Origin: Nemertoderma westbladi
Lineage: Eukaryota > Animalia > Xenacoelomorpha
NCBI GenBank assembly: GCA_032718475.1
Contig: JAUCBJ010001147.1
Coordinates: 1 to 63,969, forward strand
Length of the DNA stretch: 63,969 bases
Reading direction: 5' to 3'
The position numbers and the translations under genes were made by a program. The notes beneath the pieces were generated by a model. It saw only the letters and a list, made by a program, of their open reading frames with translations. It was not told the DNA's origin and ran no database searches. Positions 37,066-49,800 of this stretch are shown here, one piece after another (positions within the stretch are counted from its first letter, which is position 1; each line of letters opens with the position of its first letter).

Positions 37066-37760
37066 AGCTTTTACAAATGGAGAAGTACGGATTCCTAATC
37101 TTACAGACAATATCATTCCATTAAACCGCTCGCAACATGTTGCACAACTCTTTTAAGTTGTTTCTGCCCCACTATCTCCAAATTTTCAAACCTGTACTCC
37201 TCAATCATCAGTTAGTGACAATGTGAGTTCAAATAAAAACAAACTTTTCTCATCTGAGGTTATATTTGACCCTGACAACCAAATGTCTTCTATCCAAAGA
37301 CGAGAATTCCTTAATTTGTTGTCAGAGTTTGACAATGTCTTTGATCCAGATATTTCTTGCTACAATGACTATAGTGGGGTCATCAGGGCAACAGTAAATA
37401 TCGGATCAGTTGCCCCTCCACCAACTAAGAGCCATATACCTTTGTACAACCAATCAAATCTTATTCAACTTCAAAAGGAAATTGATAATCTTGAGCGTTT
37501 AGGAGTTTTATGTAAACCTGAAGATTTTGGCATTGAGGTTTTACATGTACAGTATCTCCAAGTTTTCTTGTAAAAAAAAACCATCAGGAGGATTTCGTTT
37601 TGTTACGGCATTTAATCAACTAGCCCAATACACACGACCTCCACCTTCAATGAGTATCAAATGTGATGATGCCTTGCGCCGAATTTCCTCATGGGCTTAT
37701 ATTATTATTACAGACCTTACCAAAGGATTTTTTCAGATTAATGCAATGCCATACCTAGGT

Positions 37761-40700
37761 GGGATAAATATTTCTCCATTTGACGCAACACCGCCGCGGC
37801 CGCTATGAGGGAGGTGAATACCGCGGCCGCTCCTAAAGCCGCAGGCCATCGCTAACTATATAGGTTAACTTGGGATTCTGGGGGACTTTTCGATGAAGGA
37901 ACTGACCAAATTTTTTTATTTTCTCACCAGGGGAGCGGCTCGAGATTCTAAGATATTAGCAACTCTAACATTATTAAATCTAACCCTTCGACGGACACGG
38001 CGGACAAAAAACCGTCATTTTTTCGACAATTTTAAAATTTTTTTGAAAGGCGCTCTACAGTGGCTCGAAAAAACCCTAGGTTATTGCTTAGCCGACGCCG
38101 GGATACGATAGAAGCGATTAATTAGTGAATTCGTTTTTTTTTTCAAAAAAGATTACCATGCCTTTTTTCCGAAAATGTCCGTCAAAGTTGAAAAAACGGA
38201 CAAAATGACTTTGCGGGATCCGCTATAACTCGGCTAATATTAATCGTACGGGGACGAAAGTAACGCGGTTGGAAAGGGGAAGAGTGGTACTACCTTCGTA
38301 TCGAATGGGGGTAAGATATTTATTAAAATTTCGGGTGGAAAAAGGGGCTGTAAATTTGTATGTTTTTGTCCGTCTTTTTTGGAAAACTTATTTCCGAAAT
38401 GTTTAATTCGACAACGCGGGTAGGAATCCACTAATTCTTTTATGAAACTCGTAGAAGACCATTGGGGCTACGTTCCTATCGAATGGGGGTACAAAAAATA
38501 TGTCGGCAATAGGGGCCAAAAAGGGCCAGAATTTGTAAAGTAGTTTTTATCGAATAATTTTTTATTTTTAACTTTAGTTGGTTAAGGTACATTCTATACA
38601 GTCAATATCCATACGGGGAATTCAAATATGCTATCGGTTTTGCTCCAAGGATGATATTAAAAAAATGAGGGCCAAAATTATAATTTCGCGCTTCAAACTT
38701 GCTTCGCGGGAAATCGTCTAGCTCGAAAACTACTTAACTTACGGGAGATTTGTTTACACAGACTTATAGTGCGTTAAATTATCTATCTAACAGCGTTAAT
38801 CACAGCGCCGGAGGTATTATAAAACTGGAGCGGCAGGCGATCGTGTGAAATATAATATTTATAAAAAGGGACGAAAATTTTTTTTTTAACAAATCGCTAT
38901 TCCATTATAATTTAGCGTATTGCGCCAAAAGTACCTGTAAAAAGTATCAAATTAACTCCGCTATCTTTTATCTTAACATTTATAATTAAAATTACGAATT
39001 TTAAGGGTCGAAAAATATCGCGTTATTTTGGCCCTTTTTTTTAATTTTTTTGGGGCCAAAAATAACCCCTTCTCAAAAGATTAAGAAAAAAATTACGGCA
39101 AAGAATATACCAATTTTATTGAATTTGGACCACCAGAACCGAAGTTAGTGCGATTTTAGTGAAAAAATAAAAATAATTTTTTTTGCAAAAAAATTAAGAA
39201 TGGTCAGGTCAATATTGGATTTCGAACCCGCGAACTTAGGTTTCATTAACGTGATTGATAACCACTAGACTATGTGACCAAGAGAATTTGAAATTTTCGA
39301 GTGACTATTTTTAAACATAAATAACTTCGGTTCTACAGGGCCGTTTAATCTGAAACTTTTTTCATTAGATAGAGGATAGATTGTAGTGTGTGAAATAGGA
39401 TAAAACTTGGGAAAAGACTTATGTGCACTAAGTGCAAAATGCACTTAAATAGTGAATATTTTTTCGATATTTCAAACACTATTATTTCCAGTTCTATTCA
39501 TCGTAGAATGTTATTTTTTGGATTAAAATGTAGTTTGGAATGATTTCTAACTATAATCGTAACATTTGATTAACTTTTTATGTCTATAAAGTGACTTAAA
39601 ATGTCCATGAATATGGTCCAAAATCGCAAATCCAGATTTATTAAATTGGATTTTTGACACTTTTAGCGACTGACACTTGATCATACACCATCGTAGATCG
39701 GTAGAGGATAAACATAAGTTTGTTAAATAAGAGCCACCATTACGATCTGCTAAAGTGCATTTGTATAAATAAGTGTGCAAAAGTGCAAATTTTTTAATAA
39801 GGTCAAATTATATAGTATTGGGTTATTTTCTTTGCAGATACTTTATTTTCATATTAATATGTTGTTTGAACCTTACTGAGCGCATTAGAGGATATGTGTA
39901 CAAATAACCGGCCCTTATGAGGCTTCGATTGGGTAAATTAATAAAACATAAGGTTGTATAGTATAATATTCTAAAAACCAGTGTGATATTAAATGCACTT
40001 TAAATAATAAATAGAGATCAAATAACAATTGGACCACACAATTAAAAACTCGCACAATTTTGTACTTATTATATCGCTTCAAATTAATTCAACAGTGGAT
40101 ATTTGGGGGAAGGGGGAAGTTACAGTGTGCATTGGGGGAAGTTTGGTGAACTGCATTTATGCAGTGAATCCAAACTCCCCCCTTTGATATATCATATACT
40201 TAAGACATGCTAGGGTGACGGGGAAATATTTGTTACTGTCACACTTTGCTTCCATTTATCCTATCCTTTATTATTACCCCAGTCAGATAAGAGATAATAA
40301 ATCAGTAAAAACTAAACTAAACTGTCTTTCATGCAAACAAATTTCTAACTAAAGACGGGTGAATGACCATGACCATGGAAATAATTTTAAATATAATTGT
40401 ATATCAACTATTTGGGGAGGCTTCCAAGTTAAACCCGAAAACAATTATTTTGTTACATATATACTGTAGTAAATAACGTTGTATGTTCTTCTTCCTCTCA
40501 TAATAAAATATAAATGAAATATCTCAGATAGCTATGCCCTGTAACTTTTCACAACCAAAATATTTAAGTGTGAAAAGTGTAGGCCTACCACACTCCGCCC
40601 AAACAACCGCCAACGCCAGCCAACAAATTTAACAAAAGGTTACATACATGTTGGGTTCATGACGAGATGAGTGAAAATTGATCGCGTAATATAAAGTAAA

Positions 40701-40787
40701 AAATTAAGAGACGGGCTGGCTCTCCTCCACTTTCTTACCCCATGGATATGTTGTTGTTATAATCTAATATTGGGGCGGCTTTCTCTC
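37761..40787. mobile_element. 3.03-kb non-coding mobile element, copy A of a tandem dimer
   Basis: gggataaatatttctcc...ggggcggctttctctc, near-identical to copy B. Flanked by GGT. It interrupts the Gypsy RT. Confidence 0.85.
39199..39279 (-). pseudogene. tRNA-like sequence within the 3-kb element (second copy ~44438-44517)
   Basis: Minus strand ggtcacatagtctagtggtta...cgcgggttcgaaatcc...tgacc has A and B boxes and an acceptor-like stem. The anticodon arm is degenerate. Confidence 0.55.
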
Positions 40788-40790
40788 GGT

Positions 40791-43700
40791 GGGATAAATA
40801 TTTCTCCATTTGACGCAACACTGCCGCGGCCGCTATGAGGGAGGTGAATACCGCGGCCGCTCCTAAAGCCGCAGGCCATCGCTAACTATATAGGTTAACT
40901 TGGGATTCTGGGGGACTTTTCGATGAAGGAACTGACCAAATTTTTTTATTTTCTCACCAGGGGAGCGGCTCGGAATTCTAAGATATTAGCAACTCTAACA
41001 TTATTAAATCTAACCCTTCGACGGACACGGCGGACAAAAAACCGTCATTTTTTCGACAATTTTAAAATTTTTTTGAAAGGCGCTCTACAGTGGCTCGAAA
41101 AAACCCTAGGTTATTGCTTAGCCGACGCCGGGATACGATAGAAGGGATTAATTAGTGAATTCGTTTTTTTTTTCAAAAAAGATTACCACGCCTTTTTTCC
41201 GAAAATGTCCGTCAAAGTTGAAAAAACGGACAAAATGGCTTTGCGGGATCCGCTCTGACTCGGCTAATATTAATCGTACGGGGACGAAAGTAACGCGGTT
41301 GGAAAGGGGAAGAGTGGTACTACCTTCGTATCGAATGGGGGTAAGATATTTATTAAAATTTCGGGTAGAAAAAGGGGCTGTAAATTTGTACGTTTTTGTC
41401 CGTCTTTTTTGGAAAACTTATTTCCGAAATGTTTAATTCGACAACGCGGGTAGGAATCCACTAATTCTTTTATGAAACTCGTAGAAGACCATTGGGGCTA
41501 CGTTCCTATCGAATGGGGGTACAAAAAATATGTCGGCAATAGGGGCCAAAAAGGGCCAGAATTTGTAAAGTAGTTTTTATCGAATAATTTTTTATTTTTA
41601 ACTTTAGTTGGTTAAGGTACATTCTATACAGTCAATATCCATACAGGGAATTCAAATATGCTATCGGTTTTGCTCCAAGGATGATATTAGAAAAATGAGG
41701 GCCAAAATTATAATTTCGGAAGTTTTACTGGTGGAACTTTTACTTCCTAAAACTAAACCTATTTTAATCGGTACTTTATATCGGCCCCCTAAACAATCAG
41801 ATTTTTTGCAAAATTTTGAAAATACAATTTTATGTAATCTTAGGTCAGACTGTGAAATATATTTCTTAGGTGATTTTAATATCTGTTACCATCACAAAGC
41901 ATCCCCCATCTGTAAACAGTACCAAAGTATTTTAAATTTGTTTGGTTTAAAACAAATTATTGGAGATTCTACCAGAATTACCAGTAAAACTTCTACTTTA
42001 CTAGATCACATCCTTTGTAATAATACCGATATTATTTCTCAATCTGGGGTTTTACCTATAGGTCTAAGCGATCATTTTATAGTTTTTTGCACAAGAAAGA
42101 CACAAAAATCTTTTTTCGGGGATCATAAAACAGTAACAGTTAGGTCTATGAAAAATTACAGCAAGGAACGCTTTTTAAGTTTGTTAGTTAATTCTGACTG
42201 CTGGGAACCCTGTTTTAAGGCCGCTGACATTAACCTTGCGTACACTGTTTTTAAAGATATATTTTTAAAGGCACTTAATACTGTAGCACCAATTAAAGAA
42301 ATTAGTCTTAAACAACGCACTGAGCCCTGGATGACCTCGGGTATTCTTAGTAATATCAGAGAAAGAGATAACTATTTGTATAAATTTAGGAAATACCGTG
42401 TTTTAGCTGATTATAATAATTACTGCAAATATAGAAACCTTGTCCAACGGGAAATAAAAAAAGCTAAATCTGAATATTTGTACAACAAAATAAGTGAGAA
42501 TAAAGATAATCCAAAAAGTCTATGGTCTACCCTAAAATCTTTAGGTTATAAAAACCTTAAATCTAAATCGAATATTGTTCTGCAAGATAACGGTGAGCTG
42601 ATTCATGATCATACTCTAGTTAGTAATTTATTTAATAATTATTTTACTAATGTTGCCTCTAATTTAGTTAAGAAGTTACCGTTATCAAGTAATAAATATA
42701 GTATAGGGTCCGAAACTCTAAATAATTTTTATTTAGAAAAGTTACAAAATTCAGAAAAGTTATTTTTAAAACCCGTTTCTGAGGATTTCGTTTTTAAAAA
42801 TCTACTTAGCCTATCAGCATCAAAAAGTACCGGTCTAGACCTAAACTATGGTCTAAACTAACTACGGTCTAGACTTAAAGAAGGTAACTAAGTTTGAAGT
42901 CACTAGTAATGGACATAAGATTGAAAATAAAAAGGAAGTTAAATATTTAGGCGCCACATTGGATAACTGCTTATCAGGAGAAAGTACAGTGAAAAATATT
43001 TTCTCGAAAGTTAACAGTAGGCTTAGGTTTCTATACAGAAATAAAAATAGTTTGAACACCGACTCCCGCAAGTTACTTTGCTCTTCTTTAATACAGTGTC
43101 ACATGGACTATGCGTGCTCTTCTTGGTATGAAGGCTTAACCAAACAGCTTAAATGTAAATTACAAGTAGCTCAGAATAAAGTAGTACGATTTATTAAAGA
43201 CTACAAACCTAGGCACCACCTAACTCCAGATGACTTTTCTGAATCTGGACTACTTAACTTAGATAGTAGAGTTAAGCAGCTACTGTACGCCTTAACCATG
43301 TGCATAAAGTGTATAATGGTAAATGTCCCAATTACCTAAAACAAAAATTCAACAGAGTACGCGATACACACTCTTACAGTACCAGAGCTAGTGCTTCAAA
43401 CTTCTACCTCCCGAATTGTAAATCCTTTGAATCTGATACTTTCTTTTTTAACGGCATTAAAAATTGGAACGCTCTGCCTAATGAAATTAAAAACCTAGAT
43501 AATCAACATTCTTTTAAATCTGCAGTTAAATCTCATCTCCGTGTGCAATGTAAAAATAGGTACAATAGTCCTACAGTAAGTTATTAGTTTATTAATTATT
43601 TACTATTTCTGTATTTATACTGTAATTACGTTTTATAATAAATTGTTCTGTACATTACATCTTTATCGTTGAGTCGGGCATTGTCACGCTCTCGGTAAAG

Positions 43701-46022
43701 TTGTACATGTACATAGTGTAATTACGTTTTATATTGGTTTTAGGTTAGCGTAGTGTAATATTGTATTTGTAACCAAGTAACATAAAGGACCCCCTTGGAA
43801 ATAAGCTGCAAAGCTTTAGGGGTAATGCTATATGTTATGTTGGACAATACCTTTATACCGGTACATTGTTTGGTGTATTTGTTATTGTTTTTACATAATG
43901 TATAAATAAATCTATCTATATTCGCGCTTCAAACTTGCTTCGCGGGAAATCGTCTAGCTCAAAAACTACTTAACTTACGGGAGATTTGTTTACACAGACT
44001 TATAGTGCGTTAAATTATCTATCTAACAGCGTTAATCACAGCGCCGGAGGTATTATAAAACTGGAGCGGCAGGCGATCGTGTGAAATATAATATTTATAA
44101 AAAGGGACGAAAAATTTTTTTTTTTAACAAATCGCTATTCCATTATAATTTAGCGCATTGCGCCAAAAGCACCTGTAAAAAGTATCAAATTAACTCCGCT
44201 ATCTTTTATCTTAACATATATAATTAAAATTACGAATTTTAAGGGTCGAAAAATATCGCGTTATTTTGGCCCTTTTTTTTAATTTTTTTGGGGCCAAAAA
44301 TAACCCCTTCTCAAAAGATTAAGAAAAAAATTACGGCAAAGAATATACCAATTTTATTGAATTTGGACCACCAGAACCGAAGTTAGAGCGATTTTAGTGA
44401 AAAAATAAAAATAATTTTTTTTGCAAAAAAATTAAGAATGGTCAGGTCAATATTGGATTTCGAACCCGCGAACTTAGGTTTCATTAACGTGATTGATAAC
44501 CACTAGACTATGTGACCAAGAGAATTTGAAATTTTCGAGTGACTATTTTTAAACATAAATAACTTCGGTTCTACAGGGCCGTTTAATCTGAAACTTTTTT
44601 CATTGGATAGAGGATAGATTGTAGTGTGTGAAATAGGATAAAACTTGGGAAAAGACTTATGTGCACTTAGTGCAAAATGCACTTAAATAGTGAACATTTT
44701 TTCGATATTTCAAACACTATTATTTCCAGTTCTATTCATCGTAGAATGTTATTTTTTGGATTAAAATGTAGTTTGGAATGATTTCTATGTAACTATAATC
44801 GTAACATTTGTTTAACTTTTTATGTCTATAAAGTGACTTAAAATGTCCATGAATATGGTCCAAAATCGCAAATCCAGATTTATTAAATTGGATTTTTGAC
44901 ACTTTTAGCGACTGACACTTGATCATACACCATCGTAGATCGGTAGAGGATAAACATAAGTTTGTTAAATAAGAGCCACCATTACGATCTGCTAAAGTGC
45001 ATTTGTACAAATAAGTGTGCAAAAGTGCAAATTTTTTAATAAGGTCAAATTATATAGTATTGGGTTATTTTCTTTGCAGATACTTTATTTTCATATTAAT
45101 ATGTTGTTTGAACCTTACTGAGCGCATTAGGGGATATGCGTACAAATAACCGGCCCTTATGAGGCTTCGATTGGGTAAATTAATAAAACATAAGGTTGTA
45201 TAGCATAATATTCTAAAAACCAGTGTGATATTAAATGCACTTTAAATAATAAATAGAAATCAAATAACAATTGGACCACACAATTAAAAACTCGCACAAT
45301 TTTGTACTTATTATATCGCTTCAAATTAATTCAATAGTGGATATTTGGGGGAAGGGGGAAGTTACAGTGTGCATTCGGGGGAAGTTTGGTGAACTGCATT
45401 TATGCAGTGAATCCAAACTTCCCCCTTTGAGATATCATATACTTAAGACATGCTAGGGTGACGGGGAAATATTTGTTACTGTCACACTTTGCTTCCATTT
45501 ATCCTATCCTTTATTATTACCCCAGTCAGATAAGAGATAATAAATCAGTAAAAACTAAACTAAACTGTCTTTAATGCAAACAAATTTCTAACTAAAGACG
45601 GGTGAATGACCATGACCATGGAAATAATTTTAAATATAATTGTATATCAACTATTTGGGGAGGCTTCCAAGTTAAACCCGAAAACAATTATTTTGTTACA
45701 TAGTAAATAACGTTGTATGTTCTTCTTCCTCTCATAATAAAATATAAATGAAATATCTCAGATCGCTATGCCCTGTAACATTTCACAACCAAAATATTTA
45801 AGTGTGAAAAGTGTAGGCCTACCACACTCCGCCCAAACAACCGCTAACGCATAGCCAACAAATTTAACAAAAGGTTACATATATGTTGGGTTCATGAAGA
45901 GATGAGTGAAAATTGATCGCGTAATATAAAGTAAAAAATTAAGAGACGGGCTGGCTCTTCTCCACTTTCTTACCCAATGGATATGTTGTTGTAATAATCT
46001 AATATTGGGGCGGCTTTCTCTC
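40791..46022. mobile_element. 3.03-kb element copy B, interrupted by a LINE
   Basis: Direct repeat of copy A, with GGT at 40788-40790 and 46023-46025. Confidence 0.85.
41719..43920 (+). mobile_element. CR1/L2-like LINE, 5'-truncated, RT core deleted
   Basis: Absent from copy A, with ttcg duplicated. IGTLYRPP, FLGDFN, LLDHI, LSDHF, EPWMT and KSTGLD, then KYLGATLD and DYACSSW. aataaa followed by a (tcta)n tail. Confidence 0.9.
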
Positions 46023-46805
46023 GGTACTATAACACCTTTTAAAGGTATTCGTATCTATACACGTTCAGCAATGGGTAATCCTGGCTCATCAGAATGGTTG
46101 GGGGAGTTGACATCTCGGATATTTGGAGATATGCTACAAGATGGTTATATGTACAAGATAGCAGATGATCTTTATGTTGGGGGAGATTCAATTGAGCAAT
46201 TTATTGTATGACAACTGGAAGCAGGTTCTTATTTGCTTAGATTGAAACAACTTATATTTAGCTGCTCATAAAACATATATTTGTCGAAAGCAGGCAGTTG
46301 TTCTAGGTTGGGTTTGGTCTGCTGGCACCTTGGCAGTTAGTGCTCATAAACTTAGTCCTCTTATCTCAGCATCATTGCCCACAACTGTGAAATCTATGCG
46401 ATCGTTTTTGGGATCCTATAAGGATATATGTAGATGTATCCTAATGTATGCTACACTGCTAGCTCCTTTGGAAGATTCTTTGAAGGGTCTTACCAGTCAG
46501 GACCAAATTGAGAGTACATCAGAATTACAAGAGAGCTTTTGTAATGCTCAAAATGCACTTCGTTCTTCCCATATTATTACCATACCTACAAAAGATGATA
46601 AACTGGTTATAACAGTGGATGCTTCACCACTTAATAGAGGATTGGGTGCTACCTTATATATTCTTAGAAATGGAAAACGTTTGCACCTAAAATTTTTTTA
46701 TCATTTTAACTATAACAATCCTGATCTGGGTTGAAACGTTGAAATTTACACCAAATAAATAAATTAATCTACAGTGATACTACTAAGGTTTAGTTACAGA
46801 ACATT

Positions 46806-49800
46806 CTAAGTATTGTGGCATTCGGTTTGTTCCACTTCAGGCGCTGGTTCACTTTCAATACGATCGTCAGCAGAAAGTTTCCCAAACTCCATCCAACTCC
46901 CAACGTAAAGGGAAGCGTTAATGTGTCCCACAAGATACAACACCAGGGCCATTGTGGAGCAGTGAGAACCTGAAATAGTTAATAACAATAACGCATCATT
47001 ATACAAATTGAATTTATGGTTGTATACTGTATGTACAGCACACCCTCTGGCACAACCAGCTGTAATTGTTTTGTATAAACCTACAATACCTCTTGCGCAA
47101 CCAGCTGTGATTGGTTTACGTATAAACCTACCTCTTGCGCAACCAGCTGTGATTGGTTTACGTATAAACCTACCTCTTGCGCAACCAGCTGTGATTGGTT
47201 TACGTATAAACCTACCTCTTGCGCAACCAGCTGTGATTGGTTTGTTTAAATCCACCCCAGAACTAAGCAATAATTGTTTCAGTTGAGGTGGTTTCTTAAT
47301 AGCGTCACCAATGAAAAGTGTGCCCCTGGGAATGTTAATTGATCCGGGTATGTGACCACCTTTTCCTTCTGTAATACGAATTGAAAAGTGCGTCAACTAC
47401 AAAGTCGTTAATTCCAAAATTTTGTGAACATATTTTTGATGAGCCCATCACGTTATATTACATACATCACGTTATATTAGTAATACACGTTATAATAAAA
47501 ATGGAATGGAGTTAATTCATGGTGCCCGTAAAATTTGATTCGATTTGATTTTTCAATAACTTGTTGACATGTGACTAAAAAGAAATAATATATTGGAATC
47601 TTTTAAAAGCCAGTACCGGTAGTCCAACTTAGATAAAGGAATCACCAATTTAGTTACCATAGCATACAGTAACTGTAGCTTTCAGAAAGTACTGTAAATG
47701 TTTGTAGGCCTACTTTAGATTATATTACAGTAAGTACAGTTAGAGTAAAGAACTGCAGTTATATATATCAATAATTTAACCAATCACAGACCTTCGTACG
47801 GCCCATTTGTATGACCTTTAAACCAAGGGGGAGGCCTCACGTCCAGATACTGAAAATCTCTTTGGTCTATATTGGCGACAACCTCATCGTAACGCTTTAG
47901 TAGTTGAGTAACCAATGTGGGCTGGAAGGTGGCCTTGGGGTACACGATAGGGTCAGCTGTCACAGGTAAACCCTCGTTAATCCACTGCTCCAGGCAACAG
48001 TCCAGTACTGAGATGTTGTGATGTCCGTGGTAGCTATGGTAACGTATACATTCATTATAAATAACTATTTTCAAAAACTTTGGAGTGGTATTAACAGACC
48101 CGGAAACTTTGCAATAAAATGACTTGTTTTTAACGATATGTACCTGTAGTACTGTAGGTATGCTGTAGCTGTGCCAGGTTCGTTTGGTTTAAAACAGGGC
48201 TGCTCTTTGTCGTTGATAACCCCACACATTATAGCGGGAAATTTAAATTCGCCAAAGAGCAAACCTGCTTTAACGACTCTGTATAGACCTGCCATTTCCA
48301 CAGTTTGAATTATAATATTTGTGGAAAAATACAGTAGCCAAGTCCCTCAAACTTCCGCAAACATAGGCCAGTGTGATCTCAATATATTCGGAAAGAATAA
48401 TTGAATTTCGGTCAATCAAAATTAGTGACAAAAAGTACTTATTTCATTAAATTTTATTCTTATTGAATAACATTAATTTTTACAATGTTAATAATAAGCG
48501 CAGCGTGTTTGTTTGGGTTTGTCTCCAAATTATCAATGTTACTACAATACATCGATTACCATATGAGGGATTTATCAAACAGACTAACCATAAACCAATC
48601 GGATTTCAGTATTTAAAAAGAAGGTTCATTTATAAATTTTTTACAATGTTAATAATAAAAGCAGCGCGTGCACATGCGCATCTGTCTCCAAATACAAATG
48701 GACCCCCTGGATACCCTGGAGATAATTTTGTTATTAGTAATCGCACTTGTACGGTGGCTGATCTTATCTTTGCCAATTAATACTTTTTTTCCAGAAGTTC
48801 TCCATGATGTCATAATTTATTATTATTATTATTTATAATTTATTAGTTTGAATTTCCCGGTTCGTTGTAAGGCGAGATTTAGACAGACCCCATTCATTAG
48901 TTACTTTAATTAAAGTTATTCAAATAAACGTGCAATTCGATGGTTTCCCTCAACCCTAACTAACCAATGAATGGCCCGTCCAAATCTCGCCCTACCAGGC
49001 ACCGGGAAATTCAAACTTCCAAAAATTAATTTATGATCGACCAAAAATGATGACGTCATGGAGAACATTTGAAAAAATTTTTTATACAAAAATTTTTTAT
49101 ACAAAAATTTTTTATACAAAGATACAAGATTTATACAAAGATCAGCCACCGTACATTTGTTCTAAAACTGTTCAATTAATTATGAATCAGTTACTGCGTA
49201 AACTTTATATGATAATAATTGTAGATGATGCAGATAATGATAACTTTGTTACATAATAATTGAACACCGTAAACTTATCCAACTCTTTCCTTACTTCAGG
49301 TCCCCATTATTGTACCGCTGCACCATTTAACATAAAACTGGAGGACCTGGAGGAAACTGGACTGAACGGCTATCAATGGCGTGGTTTGTTCTTATATACT
49401 GTAAAATATTACATTACATTTATAATAATGTTTTATAAATTTAAATATACACCATCGGTTGCTTTCAGGGAGGTTTTAGGGTTTTATTTAGGTATTGGCC
49501 ACGCATCCTTCGTATGACTACAATGTACTCACCGAAAAAGCCACCACACTCTAGTGGCCCCTGGCTCCGAAGCCAGCGACTTGTTCTGGTAGACTACTAC
49601 GTGGTTCCTATTGGATATACCGAGATTGCTGACGTATTCGGCAAAGGATTCCGTTACGGGTAAACTACCCACCACATCTGTATCCTCGAGCTCACAGCGC
49701 CCTTCACTAAAGAACTGAGATCCTGAAATAATTGATACGCACGAGAAACTACAGTATAGTACTATTAATAATTTCTTATTCACAGAAAATAATGATACTA

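Larger units (their letters stand above)
32601..37075 (-). mobile_element. BEL/Pao LTR retrotransposon copy 2, internally deleted, 5-bp TSD AATGG
   Basis: AATGG at 32596-32600 and 37076-37080, with TGT...ACA ends. The full 5' LTR is 35857-37075. Only the last 267 bp of the 3' LTR remain (32601-32867, one mismatch noticed versus 35857-36123). Confidence 0.85.
32400..46690 (+). pseudogene. Ty3/Gypsy pol relic in three pieces (32400-32600, 37081-37760, 46026-46690)
   Basis: Removing the inserts restores LQVVNG|EVRIPNL and AMPYLG|TITPFKG. RT motifs KKPSGGFRFV, ITDLTKGFFQI and IADDLYVGG; RNase H VDASPLNRGLGATLY. Confidence 0.85.

Noticed and set aside
39199-39279. Functional tRNA gene
   Set aside because: The anticodon and T arms do not form a proper cloverleaf.
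37893-41461. Duplicated short ORFs in the 3-kb element
   Set aside because: No recognisable domains. Their identity reflects recent duplication only.
41608-41718. N-terminus of the 417-aa ORF
   Set aside because: Chance read-in from the host 3-kb element. The LINE starts at 41719.
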